A DNA stretch of 64,000 nucleotides from Azolla caroliniana (Eukaryota > Plantae > Polypodiophyta): positions 17,980,001-18,044,000 of the forward strand of contig JBHGNT010000007.1 of assembly GCA_043228905.1 (NCBI GenBank). The letters run 5' to 3'. Positions 26,691 to 39,149 of this stretch are shown here, piece after piece. The number at the start of each line of letters is the position of its first letter. Position 1 is the stretch's first letter. Under the pieces are notes generated by a model. The model ran no database searches and was not told the origin of the DNA. It worked only from the letters and a program-made list of their open reading frames with translations. Position numbers and translations under genes: made by a program.

Positions 26691-27740
26691 CCTGAGGTAT
26701 TCGAAGTCCTAGAGGCCGACCGCCTTTGTTCGGCCACCATCGCTATGGGTGTCGTTATTCTTGGTCGTCGCCGCCCTTCGTCTGGCTGTCGTCGCTTCAT
26801 TCGGTTATCTCCTTTCCTTCCTACTTCCTGTTGCTATTGGCAACTGTCCGGCCATCTTCGGCCCTGTCTGTCCAGTTAGGCAGTGACTTTCCGGTCCGTG
26901 TTCATTTTTTCCGGCCATCTACAAGTTGCATCTCCATCCACCGTCTCTGTTCAATCGTTGGGTGTCCGACTGCCGCTTTCCAGCCGATTCTGTCGCCATT
27001 CGTCAATTCTCCTCCGTTGTTCGGCCTTGTCCGTTTAGTTGTCACCATCTTTGTCCAAGGTTATTCGGTGCCTGTTTGTCCTTCTGGTGTCTTTCCATCA
27101 ATGTCCATTTGTCTGGCCCGTTTGGTTGTGTCTTTCCGGTTTTTTATTCGTCTGAGTCGTGGTTGTCTGTCTTTTCAGTCGTTTCTGTCTTTCCGGATTT
27201 CCGGACAACACCATCATTCTCTTTTCTTTTGTTCTCTTTTGTGATTAGATTTGTGCCAAATAGACCCAACACAAACCAACAGAACACACTTGAATACACC
27301 TTAATTCGCAGCGAAATCGTGCAACAATGAATTTGCCATTTCCCACTTCTTTCGCACATTGTCATCGTCATTTACTGCACATTGTCATTGATTCCATTTC
27401 TCGTACATCATCACCACATAACATTCTTCGACTTCCTTGCTCACATCATCACCATTTTTGTATATCGTCTTCTTATGTGAACACATGACACGCCTGTGGG
27501 ACAATGCATTGCACGGTGAACCCACTTGCCATGGCAACTCTTCTCGACCGACACTCCATCGGTCAGAAATCCCTCGACTGGATCACTACTGTACGATCCA
27601 TAAATTTGATCGGAGCTTTGCTTGACTCGAACCTTCTCGTTCGGTCAGCACAAGTCGCGATTGGATCATACATCAATCGGCTAGTTCAATGTGCCATGGG
27701 TCGTGAAATCGTGTGTCATGTGAGTTGTGTTTTCAAAATT

Positions 27741-27890
27741 TCATGATTTGTACCACTTATTTTTTGAAATTCTAGTTTTTACCCTCATGTTTTTAAATTT
27801 TTTATATTCTGCCCTCCATTTTCTGAAAATTTTACTTCTGCCCTCGAGCTTCTGAAATTCGATGGTATGCCCTCGAATTATTGAATTTTT
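27741..27890. repeat. Degenerate ~30-bp tandem repeat (TTYTGAAATT...TRCCCTC), 4-5 units
   Basis: Periodic CCCTC motifs about 30 bp apart. Confidence 0.6.
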
Positions 27891-30034
27891 CCTCTCTACC
27901 CCTTTCTCTTTCTCTCCTGCTTTCTTGTTTGCTTGTTCTTTCTTTGTTCTCCTATTTGTCTGTCGATTTCGTTTTCTTCTTCTCTTTCCTTCTTGCATCA
28001 GTCACTACCTCTGCCATGGCTGCAACTTCTTCTTCCTCTTCTTGTTCTTCTTTTTTTCTCCTTCTTCTCCTTCTTTGTCGTTGTCCTCCTCTGATTTCTT
28101 CCTTTTCTATCTCTTGCTTTTTTCTTTCTCTTCTTCCATCGGTCATCTATGGCCATTTCCATCTGTCGGCGACCGGCTTTGTACTTTCCGACTCTACCTA
28201 TTTTCCATAGGCCAGAAATATAAATACATCATATGTAAACTCGCCGGTAGGTAGAAAAGTAGGTGAGGAAATAGGTAGAACTAAGTCGAGTTTTTAGCCC
28301 TGACAATCAGCTGATGGCTCGGCTCTGTCTAAAGAAGAGAACTATATAAACCGAGATCTGCATACCTCGAAGGGGGAGATACCTAGATTATTTAGCAAGA
28401 TTAACATCGTAGCCCTGAGCTCTGCACAAACTGTTTCCGGCCGAGAGCCATGTACTATAATCGATGTGAGCTTCTCATTTAATATAAATCTTGCTCTTAC
28501 TGTTCCTTCATCTATGTATCTCCCCGTACTCGTAACCAAGCTACGTTTATGCCTAACGGGTTGTAGCCCGTGTACGCTCCTCATTCTCGTATTGTCTTCT
28601 CAGTGTAGAAGAGGCTTCCACGTAACATGACCCCTTGATATTGATAGCCTGTGGGCTCATCGAAGGTGTTTTCCCTAGAAACAGTTAACACAATTTGGCA
28701 CGCCCTGTTACAGTTGTAAGGTCACAACGAACTATGTAGGAGGCAAACCTTAGCCGCCATTAGGACACCCAATCGCATCACGCGGTCTTGGCCACTTGCC
28801 TGATGCCCTGAGCCAGTTGAAGGAACTTCCGACTTGGCGGTCACTGACCAATCTTTCTAGGAACTATCAACGGCTCACCGGTTGCAATCCTCGCCACCCG
28901 ATACCCAGTTGCGAGTTGATTCTGCACCGACCTCCTCGCCAAGCCCTCCAGAGGTCACCCAACCTGACCCTAACCCTTTTCCGGCTTTACCTGAAGACCC
29001 GGATCTCGATACCATGCCTTACCCTTACCCACGATATACAGACGGCCCCAACGCGGAATCGCACACCCATGCTTTCGTGTCCACATGGCAGGCCAACCAC
29101 TCGACGTAGCGGTTATCGGCTGCCGAGATTGAGTCCTCCAAAATTGCGGAATTTGATCTATCCCTCGATGGGCCGACTGCTCGATGGTATTCCCGCCTCG
29201 ACGTGGGGGAGGTCACAATGTTCCAGGACGTCCGAACAAAGTTTCTAGAGTTATTTTACCGCGAAGTTCCGAAGTGAGAACTGCTCCGACAGTTCTTTTC
29301 CATGAGCCAAGAACCTCACGAGACAGTCACCTAGTTCACAATCCGGTTTCAGGATCTCTACCGACAACTGGCCAACGATGTCTCCGCTCATCACATTCCG
29401 GATACTTTCCTTTCCAGCCAGCGGGAGCCTCTACAGACGACTCTTGCACTTACAAATTTCTCGAACCAGAAAATCGAGCAAGTCATCCCACGCGTCCTCG
29501 CCATCGATCAGACACAACATAACACGGCTTTCTCCATGGGCTCTTTGATAAGCACCCTTCCTCAGGAGGACAACCGGTTCCGACAAGACCTCTAGTGCAC
29601 AGCCTGCTTGGGTTCAGGCCATCTGGCTCTCGAGTGCCCTCACCGGCCACATTGTCCAATCTGTTAGTCCCGATCCCACACGATTGAACTATGCGAATAC
29701 AACATGCTCAACCGCACAACGATGGCTCCGGTTTGCCAGATCGAGCCTCGGAATACATACTCACAATAGGATGAACGTCAGTCATACTGACATCAGGAGA
29801 ACGAGCGACCACGATCCCTGGATTGTCGGCACCGCGACGACGACCGCTACCGCCAAGACAACCCTTGGAGATCGGACGACCGCTGTGACCAATACCACGA
29901 TGACCAATATAGAGTAAACGATGAGTATGAACGATGCGACGAAGATCGGGATGACCGGTACGATCAACGGTATTCACGAAACGATAGAAGAAACGACATA
30001 ACAACAATCGTCGTCGGGACCCCCCTCAAAACGT

Positions 30035-30830
30035 TGTCGTAGTGTAATACGCACACTACGTGGAAAATTACATTTTTGGTCTCTCCGGATAGGACATGGA
30101 GTACCCGGTGAGAATCGGAAGAAGGAACTGGTAAGGATCGAAACTGGTAAGGAGACCCGGCAAGAGCCGGATGAAGAAGGCCGGTAAGAGTCGGTGAGAA
30201 ACGGACGAAGAGATCGGTAAGGAGGTCCTGGTAAGAACCGGACAAAGAAAACTAGCAAGCACCGGATGAAGCAGAACCGGAAAGAACCGGATGAAGAGAC
30301 ATATTTGTAAATAGAAGAAAGTATAAAAAAAAAATATATTACATGCATAGGGCAAGATTCGAACCTTGCACGTCCATGTTAATAATGTTAAGCCTTATCA
30401 TTATACTAGGCTATTATGAATTTTAAAGTTATACTAAACTTTATCCCATGTAAAATTTCTAGACATGCATGGTACAAAACGTTATTCATGCATAGACACT
30501 CGAGTTAAAAGAAAAGATGAGATAGAAAGCTAATCATACACATGCAGTGTGCATGAAAACTAAAGATAGGAAAAGCATGATGCTTGCATGTGATAAACTT
30601 AGACTCTTCCAACACTATATAAGGAAGGGAGAAAGATGTATAGAGGTTGTTGATTATTTTTAAAGGGGATTAATATAATATAATCGTGGGATTCACGAGT
30701 TTTTCATATCTTTCTTTCTTACAATATATTTCATATTCTTAATTGCCTTAGAGTTTTCTTTCCTCCTAGTCCAAAACCTCAGCGGTTCCCACCCAACTCA
30801 CGCAACCATCCGGAGCCGTAAGGCACGACA
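30035..30830 (+). mobile_element. Solo LTR (796 bp) related to element F LTRs
   Basis: TGTCGT...ACGACA ends; 4-bp TSD ACGT on both sides; inserted in B1 gag; same order of CCGG-rich block, antisense tRNA-like cassette, CATG-rich block and TATA as the F LTR. Confidence 0.88.
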
Positions 30831-32816
30831 ACGTACCCCACAACTCTCTTCCCCATAACGCGCCACAGGCCAACATGCCTACACAAGCGGCCGGGAACCA
30901 CTCACAACCTTTCCCACACCCTGAGCACAGTGACACCAGCAACTCGACATCCGTTACCTGCTTTAAGAGTAACCAACCCGGCCACTACGCTACCCAATGC
31001 CCAACCACAGACCGTGGCAAGGACCCAGCCGTGAATACTATTATGGCCGACGTCCAACACATCACTACACGCAGCAAATCCCAGGCCACCCAATGGCAGG
31101 TACAAGACATCCGACAAGCAACCAAGGAATGGATTGACACCGCTAACAAAAGCAACGTGGAGCGGATGCACACAGAGATGTAGGACGTGAGCATCGGAGA
31201 ACCATAGTCCACCGGACCATCCACCGCGGCAGAAGATGACCATCTGTGGGACACCCTTACCAGTTCTAGGATCTCGCTGCCATTACATAAGCTTTTACCG
31301 CTTATGCCACGCTTTCGAGAGACCTTGGCTACGCTCATGACTAACGACAAATCGACCGCACCCCCGGTGAACCTGACAGAGCTGGGGACGCATTAGATAT
31401 AGCCATTGGCAGTGCGCTCATTCAACGCACACCACCAAATTGGTACCGGCCAGTGTATTACGCTAGCCGACGACTCTCAGCCGTGGAAAAGAACTACTCA
31501 ACAACTGAATGCGAGGCCCTCGGTATGGTCTATAACATCAACAAATTCCGGCATTACCTCTTGGGCCGGAACTTCACATTCCATGTTGATCACTCGGCTC
31601 TTCTCTACTTGGTTAATAAGCAGTCCTTCACAGGTCGCTTGGCCCGATGGATGCTCCTGCTACAGGAGTTTGATTTTCAGATCCAACACCGGCCCGACGT
31701 TCAACACGCCGTAGCTGATTACTTGAGCCGCCTCGAGTTAGGAGAACCAACCGAGTCTATGTACGATGATCTACCCGACACCGCCCTTTTCAGTCTCGCA
31801 ATGGTGCCAAACAAAAATGAAGATGAATGGATCACGGAGATGACCCATTTTCTCAGCACCGGCCTTCCTCCCGACCAGTTGACCCTTGACGCTCGGAAAC
31901 GACTAGCTGTCAGGAGCCGAAACTTTTGTCTCGTCTTCGACACCCTCTACCACAAAGGATCAGACGGCATCTGGCGCCATGCAATCCTTCAATTCGAGAA
32001 ACACGCAATCCTCCAGGAGGCACATCACGGAATCGTGGGGGGACATTACGCTGGAGAGGCCACGACAAGAAAAATATGGCAGAGTGGCTAATGGTGGCCC
32101 ACAACAAAAAAAGATGCTCATGAATTCTGTCGATAGTGCGATCTGTATCAACTCATGGGACAATCGATTGAGCAAGCCCGGATGCCGCACCAACCCATCC
32201 TCCTGTTAGAACCATTTCAAAAGTGCAGGTTAGATTTTATGGGACCTTTCAAACTAGCCGCGGCTCGCATCGGTAACAAATACATAATCGTGGCCACGGA
32301 CTATTGCACCAAATGGGTCGAGGCTAAGGCACTACGAGACAACAAGACTGCATCCACGACAAAATTCATATACGAACATCTATGGTGCCGATATGGATGC
32401 CTAATCGAGCTCATGTCAAGATTCGAACTCTTGACACGACCATGTTATAATCTACTATTATGAGTTAACCAAGATATCTAGTACTAGTTATGTATGTAAT
32501 TGTTCCTTATTATTTTGCTAGCATCATGTGCATAGTTGCTCCCTTGTAGTATTTACACTTGGCACATGCATGCATACCTACATGCTCTATTGTAGATTCA
32601 CATGCGTGCAACAAGTATGCATGCCATGTAGTATAAATAGAGGAGTTCACCTTGAAGGAATTCAAGGTGAACAACACCAGTTATGGAGTCTTTCCTTTAG
32701 TACTATCTTCTTTCTTGTCCATTTGGTTATCTTCTTCGTTGTCTCTTGAGTTTATGATCCGTGACAGTCTGTTCACCTTCCCATCCTCATAGCTCTCCCT
32801 CTCATAAGCCATAGCT

Positions 32817-33833
32817 ATGTCCGACTCAACTAGTGAGTTAGGCCAAATAATGGTAGCCTTACGACAACTACAGCTTGAAAATGAAGCTCTTCGAAATTCT
32901 TTACAAGAACTTCAAGTCGGTACCTCCCTATCCTCACAACCCCCGAACCCTAGTCTCCCACAACAACCTAGCCTAGAGCCCGATCTTCTACCAACATCTA
33001 GCCTAGCTTCGTCACAGATTCTTGAGCCTAAGGTTAGCCTCCTAGAAAAATTTGATGGAACGAGGTCGCGTTTCCGAGGGTTCATCAACCAAGTTCGACT
33101 TATCATTCGGCTACAACCTCAACGTTATGGAGATGGTCTTCGACAAGTCGGCCTTGTGGGCACCCTTCTCTCCGGTCCGGCCCAAGCTTGGTTTGCACCA
33201 TTGGTAGAAACCTCATCACCTTTATTGGAGGACTTTCCCGCCTTCCTCGCCGAGTTAGAGGCCACATTTGGAGAGATAGACCAACGACGTACAGCTCTTA
33301 ACAAGATTTATGCACTCGAACAAGGTTCACGTGCAGCTTCGGTCTATGCTTCCGAATTTCGACAACTAGCATGCGACGTCAATTGGGATGATCAAGCTTT
33401 AGCTGATCACTTTCGGCGCGGTCTTCAAAGCAATGTCAAGAATCTTCTCTTAAACTTTCCAGAGCCCACCTCGTTATCCCAAGCGATTTCACAAGCAGTC
33501 CATTGTGACAATCGTCTTTTCGAATTTCGCCAAGAAGAGCGCCGGACTTGGTTCCCACCTCATTCACTTCCACGCCACGCCCCGGTCATACAACCCCAAG
33601 CATCCTCACACTCGCCTACTTCGGTAGATGCTCCTGTCCCCATGGAAATTGATCAAGCCCGATTTTGACCATTGACTGATGCTGAACGACAATTTCGGCG
33701 GGCTAATGGCTTGTGCATGTATTGTGGCGCCTCCGGTCATGTCGTTCGCCATTGTCCTAGGAGTACTCGCCCACAATTCCATAGAGCTAACGGACCCCAA
33801 CATCCGGAAAACGACATCGTTCGGTTGCAGTAG
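32817..33833 (+). pseudogene. Chromovirus gag (one internal TGA at 33666-33668; CMYCGASGHVVRHC knuckle)
   Basis: EKFDGTRS and PMEID motifs; the frame continues past the TGA through the knuckle to TAG at 33831-33833. Confidence 0.88.
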
Positions 33834-33856
33834 GAGCCATGCAACTGAACATCTCC
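33806..33856 (+). promoter_or_regulatory. Putative -1 ribosomal frameshift signal (G GAA AAC + stem-loop/pseudoknot)
   Basis: Pol is in the -1 frame of gag and open from this heptamer; an 11-bp stem GTTCGGTTGCA/TGCAACTGAAC begins 6 nt downstream. Confidence 0.75.
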
Positions 33857-36800
33857 CGTCGCCCACATTCTCTTGGTTCCATTGCCGGACCATCAGGCAA
33901 TTTCACATTGGAGGTATGGCTTTCATTTAACTCTAGTTCCATTCACTCTATTGCTTTACTTGATTCTGGGGCATCTTCTTGCTTCATCGACGTCGCGTTT
34001 GCCCAAGCACATGGTGTACCTGTCATTGGCCTCTCAAAACCCATTCAAATTGAAGCCATCGACGGGTGCGTCCTCTCGTCAGGTGCAATTACTCAAGCTA
34101 CAATCCCATTAGGGCTTCGGGTGGGCTCACACCAAGAGGAGCTCACCTTTTACCTCATCGCATCTCCTCGACATCCGATCGTCTTAGGACTAACGTGGTT
34201 GGAGGCGCACAATCCAATAGTGGATTGGTGCAACCGCTCGATCACATTTAGCAAGCCAAGATGCTCGTGCAAAAGTATGAAGGTAAATTCAGTTTCCTAT
34301 CCTTCGGAGACGGTCGACTCCGAATTGACTACCCCATCATCCGTCCAGGATGGGTTTGTTTGTGGCACCATTTCTAACACACTCCATGTTATTCCCGAAA
34401 AATACCAACACTTCTCCGACGTATTTGAAAAATGTAATGCTGATCGGTTGCCTGAACACCGGCTCTACGACTGTCCGATTGATCTTCAAGAAGGTGCGTG
34501 TCCACCCTTTGGTCCTCTATATGCGTTGTCTGCACCAGAGTTGAAGGCCCTTCATGTGTATCTTGATGAGAACCTCGAGAAAGGCTTTATTCAACCTTCT
34601 AAGTCACCAGCTGGGGCCCCCATTTTATTTGTGAAGAAGAAGGACGGCTCTCTACGCTTATGCGTCGACTACCGAGGTCTCAACAAACTCACTGTGCGCA
34701 ACCGCTATCCGCTACCTCTGATCCCCGAACTCCTTGATCGGCTCCGAGTTGCGTGTGTCTTCTCCAAAGTTGATCTGCGTGGCGCGTACAATCTAGTACG
34801 CATCAAGCCGGGGGATGAATGGAAAACCGCATTTCGAACACAGTATGGGCATTTCGAATACAAGGTAATGCCTTTTGGTCTTACTAACGCTCCCGTAGTT
34901 TTTCAACATATGATGAATGATATTTTCCGGGAATATCTTGATCTTTTTGTTGTCATTTACCTCGATGATATTCTCATTTTCTCGCCAAACATGGAGGAGC
35001 ACACTCGCCAAGTCCGATTAGTTCTGGCCAAACTTCGCGAGCATGGCCTTTATGCCAAAGGCGAGAAATGCGAGTTCGACCGTACCTCGATCGAATTTCT
35101 GGGCTACATCATCTCGCCCATTGGCATCACCATGGATATGAAGAAGGTCTCTGTCATTCAGGCGTGGGCGACTCCAAGGCGACTTAAAGATGTGCAATCC
35201 TTCCTCGGCTTCGCAAATTTTTACCGTCGCTTCATCAAGGGGTTTTCCACCCTAGCACAACCTCTTATCGCTCTCACCCATAAAGGCACTCCATTTTTAT
35301 GGACCTCGGAGGCACAAAATGCGTTCGACTCACTCAAACACGCATTCATCACTGCCCCGGTGCTGCTACATGCCGACCCCACAAAACCCTTCCAAGTCGA
35401 AACCGATGCCTCTGACTTTGCCATTGGCGCCATCTTATCCCAAGCAGACGACAACAACCTAATGCACCCAGTGGCTTACTATTCCCGAAAATTTACGGCA
35501 TCTGAAATCAATTATCCCATTTACGACAAGGAGCTTGCTGCTATCATTGCTGCCTTTGAAGAATGGCGACCCTACTTGGCTGGCCGACCCTACTTGGTAG
35601 TGACTGATCATAAAAATTTAGTTTATTTTTCCACCACTCGTACTTTGAATCGAAGGCAGGCCCGTTGGTCTACATTTCTCACCGACTACGATTTTGAGAT
35701 CGTATTTCGACCTGGTGGCCAACATGGGAAGGCTGATGCCCTTTCTCGCCGAGCTGACCTTGCACTCCGCCCTGGGGATGCTGCTTATGCTCAACAATCT
35801 AGACGTTTGTTGAAACCCGACCAATTGCATCTGTTTGCCACTTGTATGTTGCAGGATGATTCTTTACTCCAACAAATCACTGATGCATCCAAGACCGATG
35901 CGTTCGCCAACGAGATTCGAGATAGTTTGCAAAACCCCTCCAAGGCGACCAAAAGGAAGGATCTTGACACCTTCACCATACAAGAGGGTTTGTTGTTCTG
36001 AGATCATCTCTTATACATCCCAGAGGGCCCATGTCGCACCCGGGTGTTGCGGGAATGCCACGATGACCCACTTGCAGGTCATTTCGGGGTTGCGAAAACC
36101 CTCGAGCTAATCTCTCGGGGGTATTGGTGGCCACAACCATGGAAGCTGGTCAAAGAATACATAAAGAGTTGTGAGATTTGTGCTCGCTCCAAAGCCATTC
36201 ATCATCGGCCATACGGCTTACTACAGCCGCTTTCATGTCCTTGTCGTCCTTGGGCCTCTATCTCTATGGACCTGATAACTGATCTACCCTTGGTCAATAG
36301 CTATGACTCGGTGTTGGTCGTTGTCGATCGGTTTACGAAGATGGCTCACTTCACTCCATGCTCCAAAACCATTTCCGGAGAAGGAATGGTGCATCTCCTA
36401 CTCAACAATGTAGTACGCTTGCATGGACTCCCCGATGATGTCATCTCGGATCGTGGACCCCAGTTTGTCTCTCACTTCTGGCAGCGCCTGCTACAAACTC
36501 TAGGCATCTCTGTCAAGTTGTCCTCCGCTTATCACCCCCAAACTGACGGGCAAACGGAGCGTGTCAACCAAATCCTTGAGCAGTATCTTCGGTGCTCGGT
36601 TAGTTACCAACAAGATGATTGGGTCAACTTACTTTCGCTCGCGGAATTCGCCTACAATAATTCTCTCCATGCATCGACTGGCGTCACTCCCTTCTTTGCC
36701 AACTACGGTTTACATCCTCGCTTCAACATTTCCCTTCCTACCACTTCCGTGAACCCTTCGGCGGAGGATCGTGCCCGCATTTTGGAAGAAGTACATCGTG

Positions 36801-37384
36801 ATTTATCCTTGGAGCTTAGTCTTGCTAATGAACGATACAAGAAGCAGGCTGATCGCCATCGATCTTCCACTCCACACTTTGTCGTTGGAGACATGGTCTG
36901 GTTGTTACGTCGACACATCTCTACTACTCGTCCATGTGCGAAACTTGATTACAAGAAGTTAGGACCATTCCGTATCATCGAGTGCATCAATCCCGTCGCC
37001 TTCCGGCTCGCCCTTCCATCCCACTTCCGGATTCACGATGTTTTTCATGTCTCCCTCCTCGAACCCCATTATGCTTCACAACTCCCAGGACGTCAAGCCC
37101 CACCACCACCACCTGTGCAATTGACGACAGGGGAGGAATACGTGGTCGACCAAATCCTTGACTCGCGTTGGCACCGTCGACACTTGCAATACCTCGTCCT
37201 ATGGAGGGGTTACCCCATGTCTGAGGCCACATGGGAACCATCGGCAAATTTACAAAATGCCCCAGAGGTCGTCCAAGATTTTCATCACCGATATCCCCAC
37301 AAACCAGCGGCTGATTTGGGAAGGCGACGGCGTAAGAGGGGGGATAATGTCAAGATTCGAACTCTTGACACGACCATGTTATAA
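33806..37384 (+). pseudogene. Chromovirus pol: PR-RT-RH-INT-chromodomain (one internal TGA near 36000)
   Basis: LLDSGAS, YLDDILIF, ETDASDFAIG, HPQTDGQTER, GPF, and chromodomain EYVVDQILDSR...YLVLWRGY...TWEP. Confidence 0.95.
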
Positions 37385-39149
37385 TCTACTATTATGAGTT
37401 AACCAAGATATCTAGTACTAGTTATGTATGTAATTGTTCCTTATTATTTTGCTAGCATCATGTGCATAGTTGCTCCCTTGTAGTATTTACACTTGGCACA
37501 TGCATGCATACCTACATGCTCTATTGTAGATTCACATGCGTGCAACAAGTATGCATGCCATGTAGTATAAATAGAGGAGTCCACCTTGAAGGAATTCAAG
37601 GTGAACAACACCAGTTATGGAGTCTTTCCTTTAGTACTATCTTCTTTCTTGTCCATTTGGTTATCTTCTTCGTTGTCTCTTGAGTTTATGATCCGTGACA
37701 GCTCATTAGTGACCAAGGTGGGCATTTTATAAACCACTTAATTCACGAGCTCACTACACACTACGCGGTGGTACATATGAAAAGTACACCATACTATCCT
37801 CAGGCAAATGGATTAGCGGAATCTACTAATAAAAATTTGCAAACAATCTTGAAAAAGATCGTCAATGAGAACCACACCGATTGGGATAACAAACTCCAGA
37901 GTGCATTATGGGCGTATCGCACCACATTTAAAACTAGCATTCAATCTACACCCTTTTGGATGGCCTTTGGTTTGGAAGCAGTCATGCCGATCAACTTCCA
38001 AGTTCCGAGTCTCCGAGTTCAGGTTAAGGAAAGGCTACCCGAGGCCCAATCAGAGCAATATCAGCTCGAACAACTCCTCGAACTCGGCGAACATCGAGTG
38101 GCCAACATGGCTCAATTGGAACAACGCCAATGACAACGCAAAGCCTTCGTTGATTGTCACCGGAAAGGTACGGAGAAAACACTTACCATCGGCAAACCGG
38201 TACTGGTCTTTGAAACACGACTCGGTGCTATGCCGGGGAAATTACGATTCCGATGGACAGGCCCCTTCTGGATAATTGATGAGTTTAACGGCACATTCCA
38301 ACTTGGCACACTTGTCGGAGACATCGTCAAAAGCTGGGTAAATGGATTCTGACTCCGACCTTACCATGGAAATGATAGGAACTACACGCTCCGGTGAATG
38401 ACGCGCGGCCACAACCGAGTCTAAAAATCAAACACAGAAAAAACAGGTAATGTACGCACGACACAAAGGTGAGAGAGGAGTGCACAGGATGTTTAACGTG
38501 GAAAACCCTGAGAGGGGAAAACCACGGAAGTCCACCGACTTCAAACTATCACTATATCACAATGATCACAACAGTGAGTTCACGGAGGCAATAACCTCGT
38601 TCTCACGATCTTCGCCACAGGCGGTGGTTACAACAGAGGCAACGACCTCTTCCTCTCTCTTCCTCTCTCTCCCTCTCTCTGTACACTGTTACGCTCTCAC
38701 TAGTCTTGCACCAACAAGAATGACAACGACACACTCAAAAGTTTTCCCTAAGTCATATTTATACTAATATGACTTCTCCGCTACTTACAAATAGAGCCAC
38801 GATGGACTCTCAGAAACATATTTACGAATATGTCTCTTCATCCGGAGAGCGCTCCTCACCGGGCCTGCATCATCCGGATCTTGTCAGGCACTCGTCATCT
38901 GGTTCTCACCGGGTCTGCACCATCCGGCTCTCCGTAGCCGGGTACTCCTCATCCGGTTCTCACCGGGTCTGCGCCATCCGGCTCTCCGTAGCCGGGTACT
39001 CCTCATCCGGTTCTCACCGGGTCTGCGCTATCCGGCTCTCCGTAGCCAGGTAATCCTCATCCGGTTTCCCATCCACACTGTTCTTCTCCCTTCCCATCCG
39101 GAGGGACCTGTTTCCTAGCAAACTCCCCCTTCACTCCGGCATGGGATGT

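Larger units (their letters stand above)
32414..37700 (+). mobile_element. Full-length Ty3/gypsy chromovirus C (Tcn1/Tf1-like), young
   Basis: 353-bp LTRs at 32414-32766 and 37348-37700, with one difference that I could find; TSD GCTCA; PPT AAGAGGGGGGATAA; no tRNA PBS. Confidence 0.97.

Noticed and set aside
27862-28254. Hydrophobic Phe/Leu/Ser-rich ORFs as membrane or env proteins
   Set aside because: Products of CT-rich low-complexity DNA, open in several frames, with no conserved motif.
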